Below, piece after piece: positions 20,016 to 30,033 of a DNA stretch of 64,000 bases. The stretch lies in contig JABMQZ010000106.1 in the NCBI GenBank assembly GCA_013202965.1, positions 3,315 through 67,314 of the forward strand, in the 5' to 3' direction. A program made the translations under genes and the position numbers. The DNA comes from Bacteroidota bacterium. Lineage in GTDB: Bacteria; Bacteroidota; Bacteroidia; Bacteroidales; B18-G4. The notes below the pieces were generated by a model. The model worked only from the letters and a program-made list of their open reading frames with translations, did not search any database and was not told the DNA's origin. Within the stretch, counting starts at the first letter, position 1, and each line of letters opens with the position of its first letter.

Positions 20016-20693
20016 CTATGGCGCAGTTTCAATATCCGATCTGCGTTTGAATTTTCCATCTTTCCATGCCTTGATAAACTTTGCCCAGGCAAATGGATTG
20101 AGTACAGTAATGGGTTGCGTCTGACCGTTATAATATAATTTATCGACCTGTTGGTTGACCAGGTATTTAAAACTCACACTTCCTTCGGCAGGAAGGTGTT
20201 CCGCTTTTTCTAATAACTGACGGGGATTGAGATTTTTTCTGGCGATCTCAAGATCGTCATCCGGGATTTCCAGGGTGAGAAAAGCCTCCTTGAATTGTGC
20301 TTTTGTAGGCCAGGGATAGATCACTGTTTCGCTTAACCAAATAGTATCGGTTGACATTAACTGGATAATGGAATACCTGTTATTGCTAATGGAATCAGGT
20401 ACAATGAACCTGTCCGCTTTGAAGCCGACGGCACTAAATTGGACTGTATCCAGCTTCTTGGCAACAAAAGAAAAATACCCGTTAAAATCACTGATTGTCC
20501 CTCGCATAGAGTTGATCACTATGATATGCGCCAGGGGGATAGCCGTGAGGCTGTCGGATGTAATGATTACCCCTGAAAACTGTATAAGCTCATCCATATT
20601 GTATTCTTCTTCCTCCTGGGCAGATACAATGCCAGCAGAAAAAAGCAACAATAATCCTAAAAGCAATCCGGAGGATTTCTTCATCATCTGCAA
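20016..20693 (-). CDS. Secreted carboxypeptidase-like regulatory domain protein
   Basis: Signal peptide (LLLFSAGIVSAQE), then a FSGVIITSDSLTAIPLAHIIV...GYFSF motif. Confidence 0.5.
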   Translation of the reverse strand: MQMMKKSSGLLLGLLLLFSAGIVSAQEEEEYNMDELIQFSGVIITSDSLTAIPLAHIIVINSMRGTISDFNGYFSFVAKKLDTVQFSAVGFKADRFIVPDSISNNRYSIIQLMSTDTIWLSETVIYPWPTKAQFKEAFLTLEIPDDDLEIARKNLNPRQLLEKAEHLPAEGSVSFKYLVNQQVDKLYYNGQTQPITVLNPFAWAKFIKAWKDGKFKRRSDIETAP

Positions 20694-20782
20694 AAATAGC
20701 CTAAATGAACTTGATTGAAAAGTTTAACGATACGCGGCGCTTATTATTTTAAGATCAGACAGGATGAGGCTGTAAAAAGAGC

Positions 20783-20815
20783 AAAAAAAATGCTGCCATG
20801 ATCACATGACAGCAC
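20783..20815 (-). terminator. Rho-independent terminator of rpmB
   Basis: The minus strand reads GTGCTGTCATG-TGAT-CATGGCAGCA (one mismatch) followed by TTTTTTTT, about 20 nt after the rpmB stop. Confidence 0.6.
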
Positions 20816-20835
20816 ATAAGATATTTTTCCAGGGT

Positions 20836-21075
20836 CTAACCTTTATAATGCCCTTGTTCTTTGGCATCCTTCAGTGCCTCGCTTATGCCCTTCTTATTGA
20901 TGGTACGTAAACCGGCAGCTGATACTTTCAGTCTTATCCATTTATCTTCCTCAGGAATATAAAATCTCTTCGTCTGCAGGTTAGGATAGAATTTTCTCCT
21001 GGTTCTCGTGTTTGAATGAGAAACATTGTTTCCAGACATTACTTTCTTTCCTGTTATTTCACAAATTCTTGACAT
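20836..21075 (-). CDS. rpmB: 50S ribosomal protein L28
   Basis: [34 protein letters not shown] is a canonical L28 sequence. Confidence 0.95.
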   Translation of the reverse strand: MSRICEITGKKVMSGNNVSHSNTRTRRKFYPNLQTKRFYIPEEDKWIRLKVSAAGLRTINKKGISEALKDAKEQGHYKG

Positions 21076-21224
21076 CTTCTTAATCTTTTCAAAATGAACG
21101 CTCTAAAAACGGAGTGCAAAGAACGGAATATTTTTTTAATTATTCAAATGAAAATAAAAAAACTTAAGGATACCAACCTTTTATCTCTAAAAAGTGTCTA
21201 CTTTTATGATAAAGACCATACAAC

Positions 21225-23135
21225 ATGAAACCAAAATTCAGAATTGATCTGCACAAGGAGAAAAGATGGTTCATCAGCAGGCGGCCATCTAACAAGCTAT
21301 TTTTCATATTGCTGGGTATATTGGCAACTCTTTGGTTTATAATCAGGGTGCTTCCCAAGCCAAGTCGTGCCTCCTATCCGTGTATGCAGGTGGCAGCTCC
21401 TTTTGCGGCGAGTTTTATTGCTTATGTTTCTGGTTTATTGATCTCTGTTACAGCCTACAGGAAGCTTAGATCACTTCATCATGAATGGAATTTTCTTGGT
21501 ACTGCTTTTACTATTGTAGCATTGTCGATAGGGATTTTGCTGCTTACAGGAGGAGACAATGTATCTGGCAGGGCTGGAACGACAGGTATTTTGCTGGATG
21601 ACCCACCCAATACTCCGATTGGTATAGCACGTGGCATATATCCAGGCAGGGTGGCCTGGGTTTGGAATCCTGGGGCAACGGATGAGACATGCACCAATGA
21701 ACCTGGAGATTACTGGTTTCAGGATGATAATGTAGATACAGAAGTGATTGAGAATATGCTTTCCAAATCCTTGCAACTCTTGAGTGGTGAGGATGACGAC
21801 AGCCTTGCCTGGGATGCTCTCTTCAGGCATTATAATGAAACACACGGGAATGGAAATGTTGCATATACACCCGGACAAAAAGTTACTATAAAAATAAATC
21901 TTACTACAGGGGGCTGGGGAAATGTAAATTTGACAACTTATGAAAAAACACAACTCCTTGAAATGATGGATGGAACACCCCAACTGATCGTGGCTATGTT
22001 GAAGCAACTCATCGATGTTTTTGGAGTAGCACAGGAGGATATTTCAATAGGCGATCCTATCCGGCATTTCTACAATCAGTATTGGGACAGATGTCATGTG
22101 CTGTACCCGGATGTTCTCTACCTGGATAAGCTCGGGTACCTGGGCCGCACTGCCGTTGTCACTACACCGGAACCTGTGCTGTTCTACAGTGATGGAACCA
22201 TTAATGATTCATTGCCGACAGCATTTACTGAAGCAGATTATATGATAAATATGGGATGCCTGAAACAACATGACCTGGCGGGAGGTACTTTTTGTGCAAA
22301 GAATCATTTCGGCTCTATTTGCCGGAATTGGGCCATGCATTTACATTATGCCCTGCCAAGCCCAACACCAAACGGATTTGAAAATCTTGGCTATGGAAAA
22401 TACAGAAATCTTGTCGACCTGATGGAACACAAAGATCTTGGAGAGAAAACCATGTTATTTCTGATCGATGGTATCTGGGGCGGGGAGTTGCCTGTCACGG
22501 AACCGGTAAAATGGCAGATCGAGCCCTTCAACGATGACTGGCCTAACTCGATCTTTGTTTCACAGGACCATGTGGCAATTGAATCGGTAGGAATAGATTT
22601 TGTGAGGGCACAGTTCGATGAATATGCCGATATGTATGGGGCAGATGATTATCTTCATCAGGCAGCAGATTCAGCAAACTGGGCAGATGGAATTGTTTAT
22701 GATCCGGAAGCTGACGGTGTGTTGATCCCAAGTCTCGGTGTGCATGAACACTGGAACAACGACATTGATAAAGAATATACCAGGAACCTTGGCATAGGCG
22801 ATGGCATTGAACTGGTAAAATACCTCATGACAGGTATTGACGATGGGCAGGGATATAGCAATGTAGAAGCTATGGCATATCCGAACCCCTTCATTGAGCA
22901 AATAAACATTGAATATGTACTTTATTCAGGGGCTAAAGTCAGATTGAGTATACATGATCTCAACGGTAAAAAGCTGGCGTCATTTGCGAGTGATCACTCA
23001 TCAGCGGGAAAATTCAGTTTTGAATGGAACGGATCAGCTTACAAGGATGGGGTTTATATTTACAGCCTGCAGATTGCCAGTGAAACAGGGATCAAGCAAA
23101 TACAGGCTAAAATTCTAAAAGTAAGCGCATATTGA
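21225..23135 (+). CDS. DUF362-like protein with an N-terminal TM region and a T9SS C-terminal sorting domain
   Basis: The central region resembles DUF362 (ITIKINL...LKQHDLAGGT...). The C-terminal ~80 aa (AYPNPF...YIYSLQ...KILKV) matches the Por/T9SS sorting-tail pattern. Confidence 0.5.
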   Translation: MKPKFRIDLHKEKRWFISRRPSNKLFFILLGILATLWFIIRVLPKPSRASYPCMQVAAPFAASFIAYVSGLLISVTAYRKLRSLHHEWNFLGTAFTIVALSIGILLLTGGDNVSGRAGTTGILLDDPPNTPIGIARGIYPGRVAWVWNPGATDETCTNEPGDYWFQDDNVDTEVIENMLSKSLQLLSGEDDDSLAWDALFRHYNETHGNGNVAYTPGQKVTIKINLTTGGWGNVNLTTYEKTQLLEMMDGTPQLIVAMLKQLIDVFGVAQEDISIGDPIRHFYNQYWDRCHVLYPDVLYLDKLGYLGRTAVVTTPEPVLFYSDGTINDSLPTAFTEADYMINMGCLKQHDLAGGTFCAKNHFGSICRNWAMHLHYALPSPTPNGFENLGYGKYRNLVDLMEHKDLGEKTMLFLIDGIWGGELPVTEPVKWQIEPFNDDWPNSIFVSQDHVAIESVGIDFVRAQFDEYADMYGADDYLHQAADSANWADGIVYDPEADGVLIPSLGVHEHWNNDIDKEYTRNLGIGDGIELVKYLMTGIDDGQGYSNVEAMAYPNPFIEQINIEYVLYSGAKVRLSIHDLNGKKLASFASDHSSAGKFSFEWNGSAYKDGVYIYSLQIASETGIKQIQAKILKVSAY

Positions 23136-23140
23136 TCTGC

Positions 23141-24394
23141 TTACTGCTGATCATTTTTTACAATCATCATTCTTAATTTGTTCAGGGCCGTCACGGCAGC
23201 CAGGCGGATATTACGCTTCCTGTTTTTTCCAAAGAGGAATTTTTCTGCAATTGTCGCTGACGGACCTGCTACGGCAATCCAGGTAGTGCCGACCGGTTTC
23301 TGCTCTGTTCCCCCATCCGGGCCTGCAATGCCTGAAACGGCAATGGCATAATCGGTTCCGAATTTAATTTTAACAGCCCGGGCCATCTCTGTCACCGTTT
23401 GTTCACTGACTGCCCCATGAGCCATTAATGTGTCTTCTTTTACATCCAGGACTTCGGCTTTTATCTGATTTGAATAAGCGATAACCGAACCGGTGAAATA
23501 CGCAGAGCTGCCGGGTATGCTGGTGATGAGGTGTGCGATATACCCTCCCGTGCAGCTTTCAGCAGTTGCCAGGGTTTTAGCCTGTTTTTTCAGCAATTTT
23601 CCCACAACTTCCTCAAGGGTGTCTTCCCCATATCCGAAGATCAGCTCAGGGATCAGTGCTCCAAGTTCTTTCACTTTTTCATCCAATTCTTTGCTGAGCA
23701 TTTCTTGATCACTTCCTGTTCCGGTCAGCCGAAGCCTGACAATGCCCGGCTGTGGTAAATATGCCAGCTTCATATGATCCGGTAGCTTTTCTTCCCAGTC
23801 CTGGATCATCTCCGAAAGAAATGATTCTCCGACTCCCTGGGTAAGTATCTTTTTATAAAGCATATGCAAGCCGTTCAATCTTTTTCTAAGTTTGGGAAGA
23901 ACATGATCTGAGAGCATGGCTTTCATCTCAAAAGGGACACCCGGCATGGAAACATAAATCCGGCCTTCTTTCTCAAACCACATGCCCGGAGCGGTTCCGT
24001 TCTCATTGGTGATGGGAGTACAGTTATGTGGGATTTCGGCCTGTTTGCGGTTGACTTCCAAGATGGGCATTCCCCGCTCCCTGAATAGTTTTTCTACATT
24101 CCTGAATGATGGCTCATGGAAAAGCAGTTTTGAATCAAAATATTCGCAAAGTGTATTTTTTGTTATGTCATCACGTGTTGGCCCCAGTCCTCCGGTAATA
24201 AGAATTACATCCGCCCGGGTGAAAGCATCGTCCAGTGATTGCAGGATATCTTCCCTGCTGTCGGAAATCGTTGTGATCCTTATAACCTCAATTTTTGCAA
24301 GACTCAGTTGTTCGGCCATCCAGGAAGCATTGGTGTTGATTACCTGCCCGATCAGCAATTCATCGCCTATACTAATGATTTCCGCCTTCATCAT
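23141..24394 (-). CDS. cinA: CinA-family protein (MoCF-binding domain + NMN deamidase domain)
   Basis: MKAEIISIGDELLIGQVINTNASWMAEQL at the N-terminus and TAESCTGG in the C-terminal domain. Confidence 0.85.
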   Translation of the reverse strand: MMKAEIISIGDELLIGQVINTNASWMAEQLSLAKIEVIRITTISDSREDILQSLDDAFTRADVILITGGLGPTRDDITKNTLCEYFDSKLLFHEPSFRNVEKLFRERGMPILEVNRKQAEIPHNCTPITNENGTAPGMWFEKEGRIYVSMPGVPFEMKAMLSDHVLPKLRKRLNGLHMLYKKILTQGVGESFLSEMIQDWEEKLPDHMKLAYLPQPGIVRLRLTGTGSDQEMLSKELDEKVKELGALIPELIFGYGEDTLEEVVGKLLKKQAKTLATAESCTGGYIAHLITSIPGSSAYFTGSVIAYSNQIKAEVLDVKEDTLMAHGAVSEQTVTEMARAVKIKFGTDYAIAVSGIAGPDGGTEQKPVGTTWIAVAGPSATIAEKFLFGKNRKRNIRLAAVTALNKLRMMIVKNDQQ

Positions 24395-25291
24395 TTAATT
24401 TATCATGGATGAGAATCCGAGTTCTTTGGGAATGATGGTCATCACAGGAGCTTCGGTATTTCTGATGATATATTGGGCTGAGCTGCCCAGGAAAAGATCG
24501 AATAAACCGGCTTCACGCTGTGTCATGATCATGACCATGTCTATGGTTTCATCTTTATTGGAATAATCAACGATCAGAGGGGCAAGGGTTTTTGATGTTC
24601 CCGATTTCTGAAGGATCTCACCGCTGCACCTGATCTTTTCTTTCTTGATAAAAGAAATCACCTGATCCATCTGTTGTTGAAGCTTGAGCAGGATATCATT
24701 GCTTCCCTTTGACCAGTAAACCGATACAACCTTAATGCTTGAATTAAAAAGCTTTGCCATCTCCACGGCATGGCTCACTTTCTGCCGGGTTTCCTGCGTT
24801 AGATCCAGCGGAAGCAAAATGTTTCTGCAGCCCTTATCTTTATGTGGATTCTTTACAATGATCACAGGACACTCGGATTTTTTGATCACCCTCAGTGTAT
24901 GGGTCCCAATGTGGTTTTTCCCGGTGTCGGGATCTTCATTGTTGATGCCCTGGAGAATAAACTTAGAATGCAGGAGGTGAGCTCCTTTCAGGATCTTGTC
25001 ATGTGCTTTGCCATGGGAAATCACTGCATTTACTTTTGTTCCTGATTTCCGGGAGGCTTCAGTTGCAATCTCCAGCAACTGATTTCTCATCTGATCTTCA
25101 TATTCCTTTTTCATGCTCTTCGAACGTTCACTGCCAAAGGCTGAAAATAAATTTTGATTATCCCTGATAACATGATAGAGGGTAATCTCCAGGCCTGTCA
25201 TTTTTGCAAGAGAAAATGACGCATCAAGGGCAGCCAGGGATCGCTTGCCAAAATCGGTGGGAACGAGAATGCTATTGTATATATTCTTCAT
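24395..25291 (-). CDS. Tandem universal stress protein
   Basis: Two Usp-like halves (ILVPTDFG..., VMIMTQRE...GSSAQYIIRNTEAPVMTI). Confidence 0.7.
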   Translation of the reverse strand: MKNIYNSILVPTDFGKRSLAALDASFSLAKMTGLEITLYHVIRDNQNLFSAFGSERSKSMKKEYEDQMRNQLLEIATEASRKSGTKVNAVISHGKAHDKILKGAHLLHSKFILQGINNEDPDTGKNHIGTHTLRVIKKSECPVIIVKNPHKDKGCRNILLPLDLTQETRQKVSHAVEMAKLFNSSIKVVSVYWSKGSNDILLKLQQQMDQVISFIKKEKIRCSGEILQKSGTSKTLAPLIVDYSNKDETIDMVMIMTQREAGLFDLFLGSSAQYIIRNTEAPVMTIIPKELGFSSMIN

Positions 25292-25351
25292 TATATTTAC
25301 ATAAAATCATTTATGTTGCTTGAGTGCGCAAAGTTATTTAAATTTGTTCTG

Positions 25352-26230
25352 ATGAAAAAGATTACAGCGTCGGAGTTAATTATTAATCCTGATGGAAGTT
25401 TGTATCATATACATCTTCGTCCGGAACATCTTGCGAAAAAGATCATCCTTGTTGGGGACCCTCAGCGGGTTCCTATGGTCTCAGTATTTTTCGACAAGAT
25501 CGATTTTATGTTTGAGAACAGGGAGATCGTAACGCATACCGGCTATTTAAATAAAGAACGCCTTACGGTGATGTCAACGGGCATGGGCACCGATAATATT
25601 GATATTGTCCTTAACGAACTGGATGCCCTTGTCAACGTTGACCTGATCACACGTACCATTAAAGCTAAACACACCAGCCTCGATATTGTTCGCCTGGGTA
25701 CCTCCGGCGCCATGCAAGCTGATATTCCTGTCGACTCTTTCGGGCTGTCTACGCATGGGCTTGGGATGGACGGGCTGCTTCATTTTTACAGACATCGCTA
25801 TGTGTGTGACAGAAAAATGACTGAGGCTTTCAGGAAACATACCCGTTGGCCCCAAAAACTGCCCTCACCATATGTGGTAAAAGCTTCCGGATTACTCAGG
25901 AAGAAGCTCGGGGAAGGCTTTATTCATGGGATCACCATCACCGCTCCAGGCTTTTATGGCCCGCAGGGGAGGGAAATCAGACTTAAGACTGCTTATCCGA
26001 ATCTGAACCAGCGAATTAGTACATTCAGGTATAAAGATCAGCGCATTATCAACTTCGAAATGGAAACCTCCGCGCTTTATGCACTTGGAAAAATGCTTGG
26101 ACACAACACCCTTACAGTTTGTGCCATTATTGCCAACAGGATGAAAGAAACATACTCCCGTAACCCGAAAGACACTGTGATGCGGCTGACGAAACTTGTA
26201 CTTGGCAGGCTTGTGGGAACAAAACTATAA
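25352..26230 (+). CDS. Nucleoside phosphorylase (PNP_UDP_1 / uridine phosphorylase-like)
   Basis: ILVGDPQRV, STGMGTDNIDIV, RLGTSGA and FEMETSALY. Start taken at MKKITASE. Confidence 0.7.
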   Translation: MKKITASELIINPDGSLYHIHLRPEHLAKKIILVGDPQRVPMVSVFFDKIDFMFENREIVTHTGYLNKERLTVMSTGMGTDNIDIVLNELDALVNVDLITRTIKAKHTSLDIVRLGTSGAMQADIPVDSFGLSTHGLGMDGLLHFYRHRYVCDRKMTEAFRKHTRWPQKLPSPYVVKASGLLRKKLGEGFIHGITITAPGFYGPQGREIRLKTAYPNLNQRISTFRYKDQRIINFEMETSALYALGKMLGHNTLTVCAIIANRMKETYSRNPKDTVMRLTKLVLGRLVGTKL

Positions 26231-26282
26231 GAATAGCGAATAAAGAATAGCGAATAAAGAATAGCGAATAAAGAATAGCGAA
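26231..26282. repeat. Tandem array (GAATAGC GAATAAA) x3.5 that fills an entire convergent intergenic spacer
   Basis: It begins at the first base after the TAA at 26228-26230 and ends 1 nt before the stop of the minus-strand gene at 26284. Period is 7 nt, with a 14-nt super-period. Confidence 0.95.
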
Positions 26283-26283
26283 C

Positions 26284-27144
26284 TTAATCACTTTTGCCTG
26301 TAAGCAGGTCGTCTGCATTCTCCGGGATGTAATTACGGATGATGTTGCTTACCATCTTCACATATTCTTCACCTTTGGCAGAGTATCTTGATAAGCCCCG
26401 GGCAAGGCTGAAGGGATCGATGGGCTTGTTTCCATTCCGGAGTTTTGCACGGGTCTCGCGAAGGCCACGATATGCAAAACCGGTATTCAGGATCCACAGA
26501 TAATCTTCTATTCCTGCCATCTCGCTCGTATAGGCTTTTACATAAAAATCCGCACTGTCATTAGCTGCCGGCCTGACCCCACATCCTTCGGTATAACAGT
26601 GTACTCCGAAATAGTTGTTGTCGTTACGGGCAAAGCCTGAGTTTCCCCAGCCGGATTCAATGATGGCTTGCGCCATCACCAGTCTCAGAGGAATGATATC
26701 TGCACGCTTCAGCAGTTTATTTATTGTAATGAGCAGATCCGAAAGTGGTGGGGCCGGAGATGTAGCAACAGCATCGATCCTGTATTTCTTTAAGAATGAA
26801 TTGAGTTTATACAAGTGTTCAGCACTCGCCTGGCCGGCATCTTTCATTGTATCTTTCAGGTCCAGGATATCATTCCGTTGCTGCAGGATCTTGTTGTTTG
26901 CAGTGTGTATTTCCGGTAGGAAACGTGCCAGAAAAGCTTTATGAGATTCGGGGATCTCCCGTACTGTGCTGATGTCTTTAGGAGCAATTGAATTTGCCGG
27001 TTTTATATCGTGCCGCGCTGTTGGACTACCGCAAAATTGCATGATGAAAAAAATAAATATCAGGAAAAACTGTTTAAATGTCCGTTGATAACGTATTCCG
27101 ATTTTTTTCAAAACTGCTGAATTTAGTATTAAATTTGAATACAA
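26284..27144 (-). CDS. Glucosaminidase-domain protein (mannosyl-glycoprotein endo-beta-N-acetylglucosaminidase-like)
   Basis: VMAQAIIESGWGNSGFARNDNNYFGV is the glucosaminidase/FlgJ-type motif. The start codon is uncertain. Confidence 0.65.
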   Translation of the reverse strand: MYSNLILNSAVLKKIGIRYQRTFKQFFLIFIFFIMQFCGSPTARHDIKPANSIAPKDISTVREIPESHKAFLARFLPEIHTANNKILQQRNDILDLKDTMKDAGQASAEHLYKLNSFLKKYRIDAVATSPAPPLSDLLITINKLLKRADIIPLRLVMAQAIIESGWGNSGFARNDNNYFGVHCYTEGCGVRPAANDSADFYVKAYTSEMAGIEDYLWILNTGFAYRGLRETRAKLRNGNKPIDPFSLARGLSRYSAKGEEYVKMVSNIIRNYIPENADDLLTGKSD

Positions 27145-27203
27145 TAATAAGGATAATTATTATCAGATAAAATGAAAGACAGATTTCGGATTAAGAACTT
27201 TAA

Positions 27204-28079
27204 ATGCAAAATAATAAGCAACATAAAGAACTGAAGGCCCTGATAAGCTTGTTGGATGAGCCGGATGCGGAAGTGTATGAGCAGATCAGCTTGAAGATAC
27301 ATGCTTACGGCACTGATGCCATCCCGGTGCTGGAAGAAAGCTGGGAACAATCCTTTGATCCCTTTCTTCAGGAGCGGATTGAAGATATCATTCACCTTAT
27401 TCAGTTGGATGACCTTTATGCAGACTTGTACAGCTGGGCGCAATTTGGGAAGGATGACCTCATGAGGGGATTTATGCTGGCTGCACGCTATCAGTACCCG
27501 GACCTCAACGCTGAGAAAATCATTCAGCAGGTGGGACAACTTATGCAGGATGTCTGGCTTGAGCTAAACCCCAAGCTCACTGCCCTGGAGAAGATCAAGG
27601 TTGTGAATCATATCCTGTTTGATATTCATAAATTCAGGGGAAATAAAAGCAATATCAAGAGCCCTGACAACCTTTATCTGAATATACTGCTTGAAACCAG
27701 GAAGGGCAATCCACTTTCCATTGGAATCTTGTATATCATCATAGCAAGAAGCCTGAAACTTCCCGTTTATGGAGTAGATCTTCCCAATCATTTTGTTCTG
27801 GCTTATATGGATGTGGGTGAGAATATGAATATGGAAAGCAGTGAAAACGACCAGGCTATTTTTTACGTAAATCCGTTCAATCGCGGGATGCTGTTTACCC
27901 ATAACGAAATTGAAGCATATATCAAGCAAATGAAGTTGCCGCATAATGACAGCTATTTCCAGGCTTGCGATAATCTAACTATCATCCGGCGTTTATTCGG
28001 AGAGCTTGTTAGTCTCCACCAGGAACTCGGAAACAAAGAGAAGGTGGAAGAACTCAGGAAACTGGGGAGTGCCATTTAA
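27204..28079 (+). CDS. SirB1/transglutaminase-like (Transglut_core2) family protein
   Basis: LLETRKGNPLSIGILYIIIARSLKLPVYGVDLPNHFVLAY is typical of the SirB1 N-terminal domain. Confidence 0.6.
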   Translation: MQNNKQHKELKALISLLDEPDAEVYEQISLKIHAYGTDAIPVLEESWEQSFDPFLQERIEDIIHLIQLDDLYADLYSWAQFGKDDLMRGFMLAARYQYPDLNAEKIIQQVGQLMQDVWLELNPKLTALEKIKVVNHILFDIHKFRGNKSNIKSPDNLYLNILLETRKGNPLSIGILYIIIARSLKLPVYGVDLPNHFVLAYMDVGENMNMESSENDQAIFYVNPFNRGMLFTHNEIEAYIKQMKLPHNDSYFQACDNLTIIRRLFGELVSLHQELGNKEKVEELRKLGSAI

Positions 28080-28136
28080 ATGCATTGACAAAACTGATTA
28101 ATTCATAATTTAGCACTTTTATACAGTTTCTCATTT

Positions 28137-29399
28137 ATGTTTAAGTATTTCAGACGGTCAGAATATTTCAGGAATGTTTTTACGCTCATGAGCGGGGCAG
28201 CTATTGCCCAGGCCATTCCCCTTTTGATCTCTCCTGTACTAAGCCGCCTCTACACCCCTGAAGAATTTGGTGCTTTTGCTTTTTACATGTCAATAGTAGG
28301 GGCTTTCGCAATTATTGCTACGCTACGCTATGAGATGGCAGTCATCATGCCAAAAGATGATGCAGATGCTGTAAACATTGCCGGACTTGCCTTTCTTGTC
28401 GATATCTTTCTGAGCCTTTGCCTGTTGATAGCGATCATAATATTGGAAATGACCCTATTGGAATACTTTTCGATCAGCCATATATTAAAGATCTGGCTAT
28501 ATTTCCTTCCTCTTTTTGTTTTTCTGATTGGATCAGTAAATATCTTCCAGCATTGGTTTAACAGGAACAAACGCTATAAAGGTCTGGCATTGGCCAAGGT
28601 GATCAACTCCCTGGGAAATAATGTCACCATTCTGCTTCTGGGCTTTGCGGGTGCAGGTGCGTGGGGACTGCTCATCGGAAACATGTTTGGGCTCATTCTC
28701 TTCAATGCTTTCTTTATTATTAAGATCTATGTCCTTGATCGTAATAAATTCAAATTTTTCAACAAGACTTCTCTCCGCCCGCTTGCAAAAAAGTATAAAG
28801 ACCTGCCCATTGCCAATACTCCACAGTCATTCTCAGAAATGCTGCAGATGAACGGCATCATTTATTTATTGAAGATATTTTTTAATTCCACCGTAATTGG
28901 TTGGTATTCTTTTTCTCTGCGTATCCTCCAGGCACCTATGTGGTTGGTAGTGACTTCTATTGCCCAGGTGTTTTATAAAGAGGCTTCTGAGAAATACAAT
29001 ACTGATAGCAATATTCTCCCTACGGTTACCAAAACGATCAAGATAACTGCAGTGGTTGGCTTACCGGTACTGCTGGTGCTGCTCCTGGCAGGTCCCTGGA
29101 TTTTTGCATTGGTTTTTGGAGAACCATGGAGGGAAGCAGGAGTATATGCAAGGATTCTGGCTCCATGGATGTATTTTGACTTCATCCGCTATTCCATTGC
29201 CCAGGCGCCACTGATCGTTTCCAAGATCAAACCCATGTTTTTCCTGTCACTCATCGGTACTACTTTTGTGATCCTCTCTCTAACCACTGGGGCATATGTT
29301 TTTGGGGATGTACGCATATCATTTGTATTTTTATCGTCGTTTATGGCAGTTTATGATATTGGGATCATACTGTGGATCCTGAAAATAGTTAGAACCTAA
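28137..29399 (+). CDS. Oligosaccharide flippase (Wzx-like)
   Basis: A 420-aa polytopic membrane protein at the head of a glycosyltransferase cluster. Confidence 0.7.
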   Translation: MFKYFRRSEYFRNVFTLMSGAAIAQAIPLLISPVLSRLYTPEEFGAFAFYMSIVGAFAIIATLRYEMAVIMPKDDADAVNIAGLAFLVDIFLSLCLLIAIIILEMTLLEYFSISHILKIWLYFLPLFVFLIGSVNIFQHWFNRNKRYKGLALAKVINSLGNNVTILLLGFAGAGAWGLLIGNMFGLILFNAFFIIKIYVLDRNKFKFFNKTSLRPLAKKYKDLPIANTPQSFSEMLQMNGIIYLLKIFFNSTVIGWYSFSLRILQAPMWLVVTSIAQVFYKEASEKYNTDSNILPTVTKTIKITAVVGLPVLLVLLLAGPWIFALVFGEPWREAGVYARILAPWMYFDFIRYSIAQAPLIVSKIKPMFFLSLIGTTFVILSLTTGAYVFGDVRISFVFLSSFMAVYDIGIILWILKIVRT

Positions 29400-29409
29400 T
29401 CCGGGAATT

Positions 29410-30027
29410 TTGGTATTACACGATAAGATCATCGACAAACATAATCTCCTTCCAGGGCTTGAGAACATGGAAAGGCTGGCCATTGAACTGGGTTGTGGCC
29501 AGAAAAAAATAAGTGAAGATGTGATAGGCATAGATGCCATTAACACTGAGGCTGCTGATATCATTGCTGACATCAGTCAGGGATTGAGTTTCCTTCCGGA
29601 TAATAGCGTGGATATAATCTATTCCAATCACGTACTTGAGCATTTCGATGACCTGGGTTTTATCATGGGAGAGATTTATCGGGTTTTAAAACCGGGAGGT
29701 AAAACAATTGGGCAGGTACCGCATTTCTCCAATCCCTATTATTACAGCGACTACACCCATAAAACAACTTTTGGATTGTATACATTTTCTTATTTTACCT
29801 CCGAACAACGATTCAAAAGAAAGGTGCCGTCGTTTTACAATGATTGCAATTTTAAACTGATCAGGATTAAATTAGTTTTTTATTCACCCTTTAAGTTGAT
29901 TAATGCACTGAGAAAGATATTTACCCTTGTTTTTAATTCCTCGCGCTTCATGCAGGAATATTACGAAGGCAGTCTTAGCACCTTTATCCCGGCTCATGAA
30001 ATTGCATTCGAACTGGAAAAATCATAA
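29410..30027 (+). CDS. Class I SAM-dependent methyltransferase
   Basis: LELGCGQKK (motif I) and VLKPGG. It has a non-ATG (TTG) start in the track, so the start is uncertain. Confidence 0.65.
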   Translation: MVLHDKIIDKHNLLPGLENMERLAIELGCGQKKISEDVIGIDAINTEAADIIADISQGLSFLPDNSVDIIYSNHVLEHFDDLGFIMGEIYRVLKPGGKTIGQVPHFSNPYYYSDYTHKTTFGLYTFSYFTSEQRFKRKVPSFYNDCNFKLIRIKLVFYSPFKLINALRKIFTLVFNSSRFMQEYYEGSLSTFIPAHEIAFELEKS

Positions 30028-30033
30028 GATGGG

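Noticed and set aside
26231-26282. Possible CRISPR array. The same question applies to the other tandem arrays at 4168, 38091, 39997, 46313, 51383 and 63614.
   Set aside because: The units are 7-14 nt and directly abutting, with no spacers. The arrays are under 65 nt, and no cas genes are present anywhere in the window.
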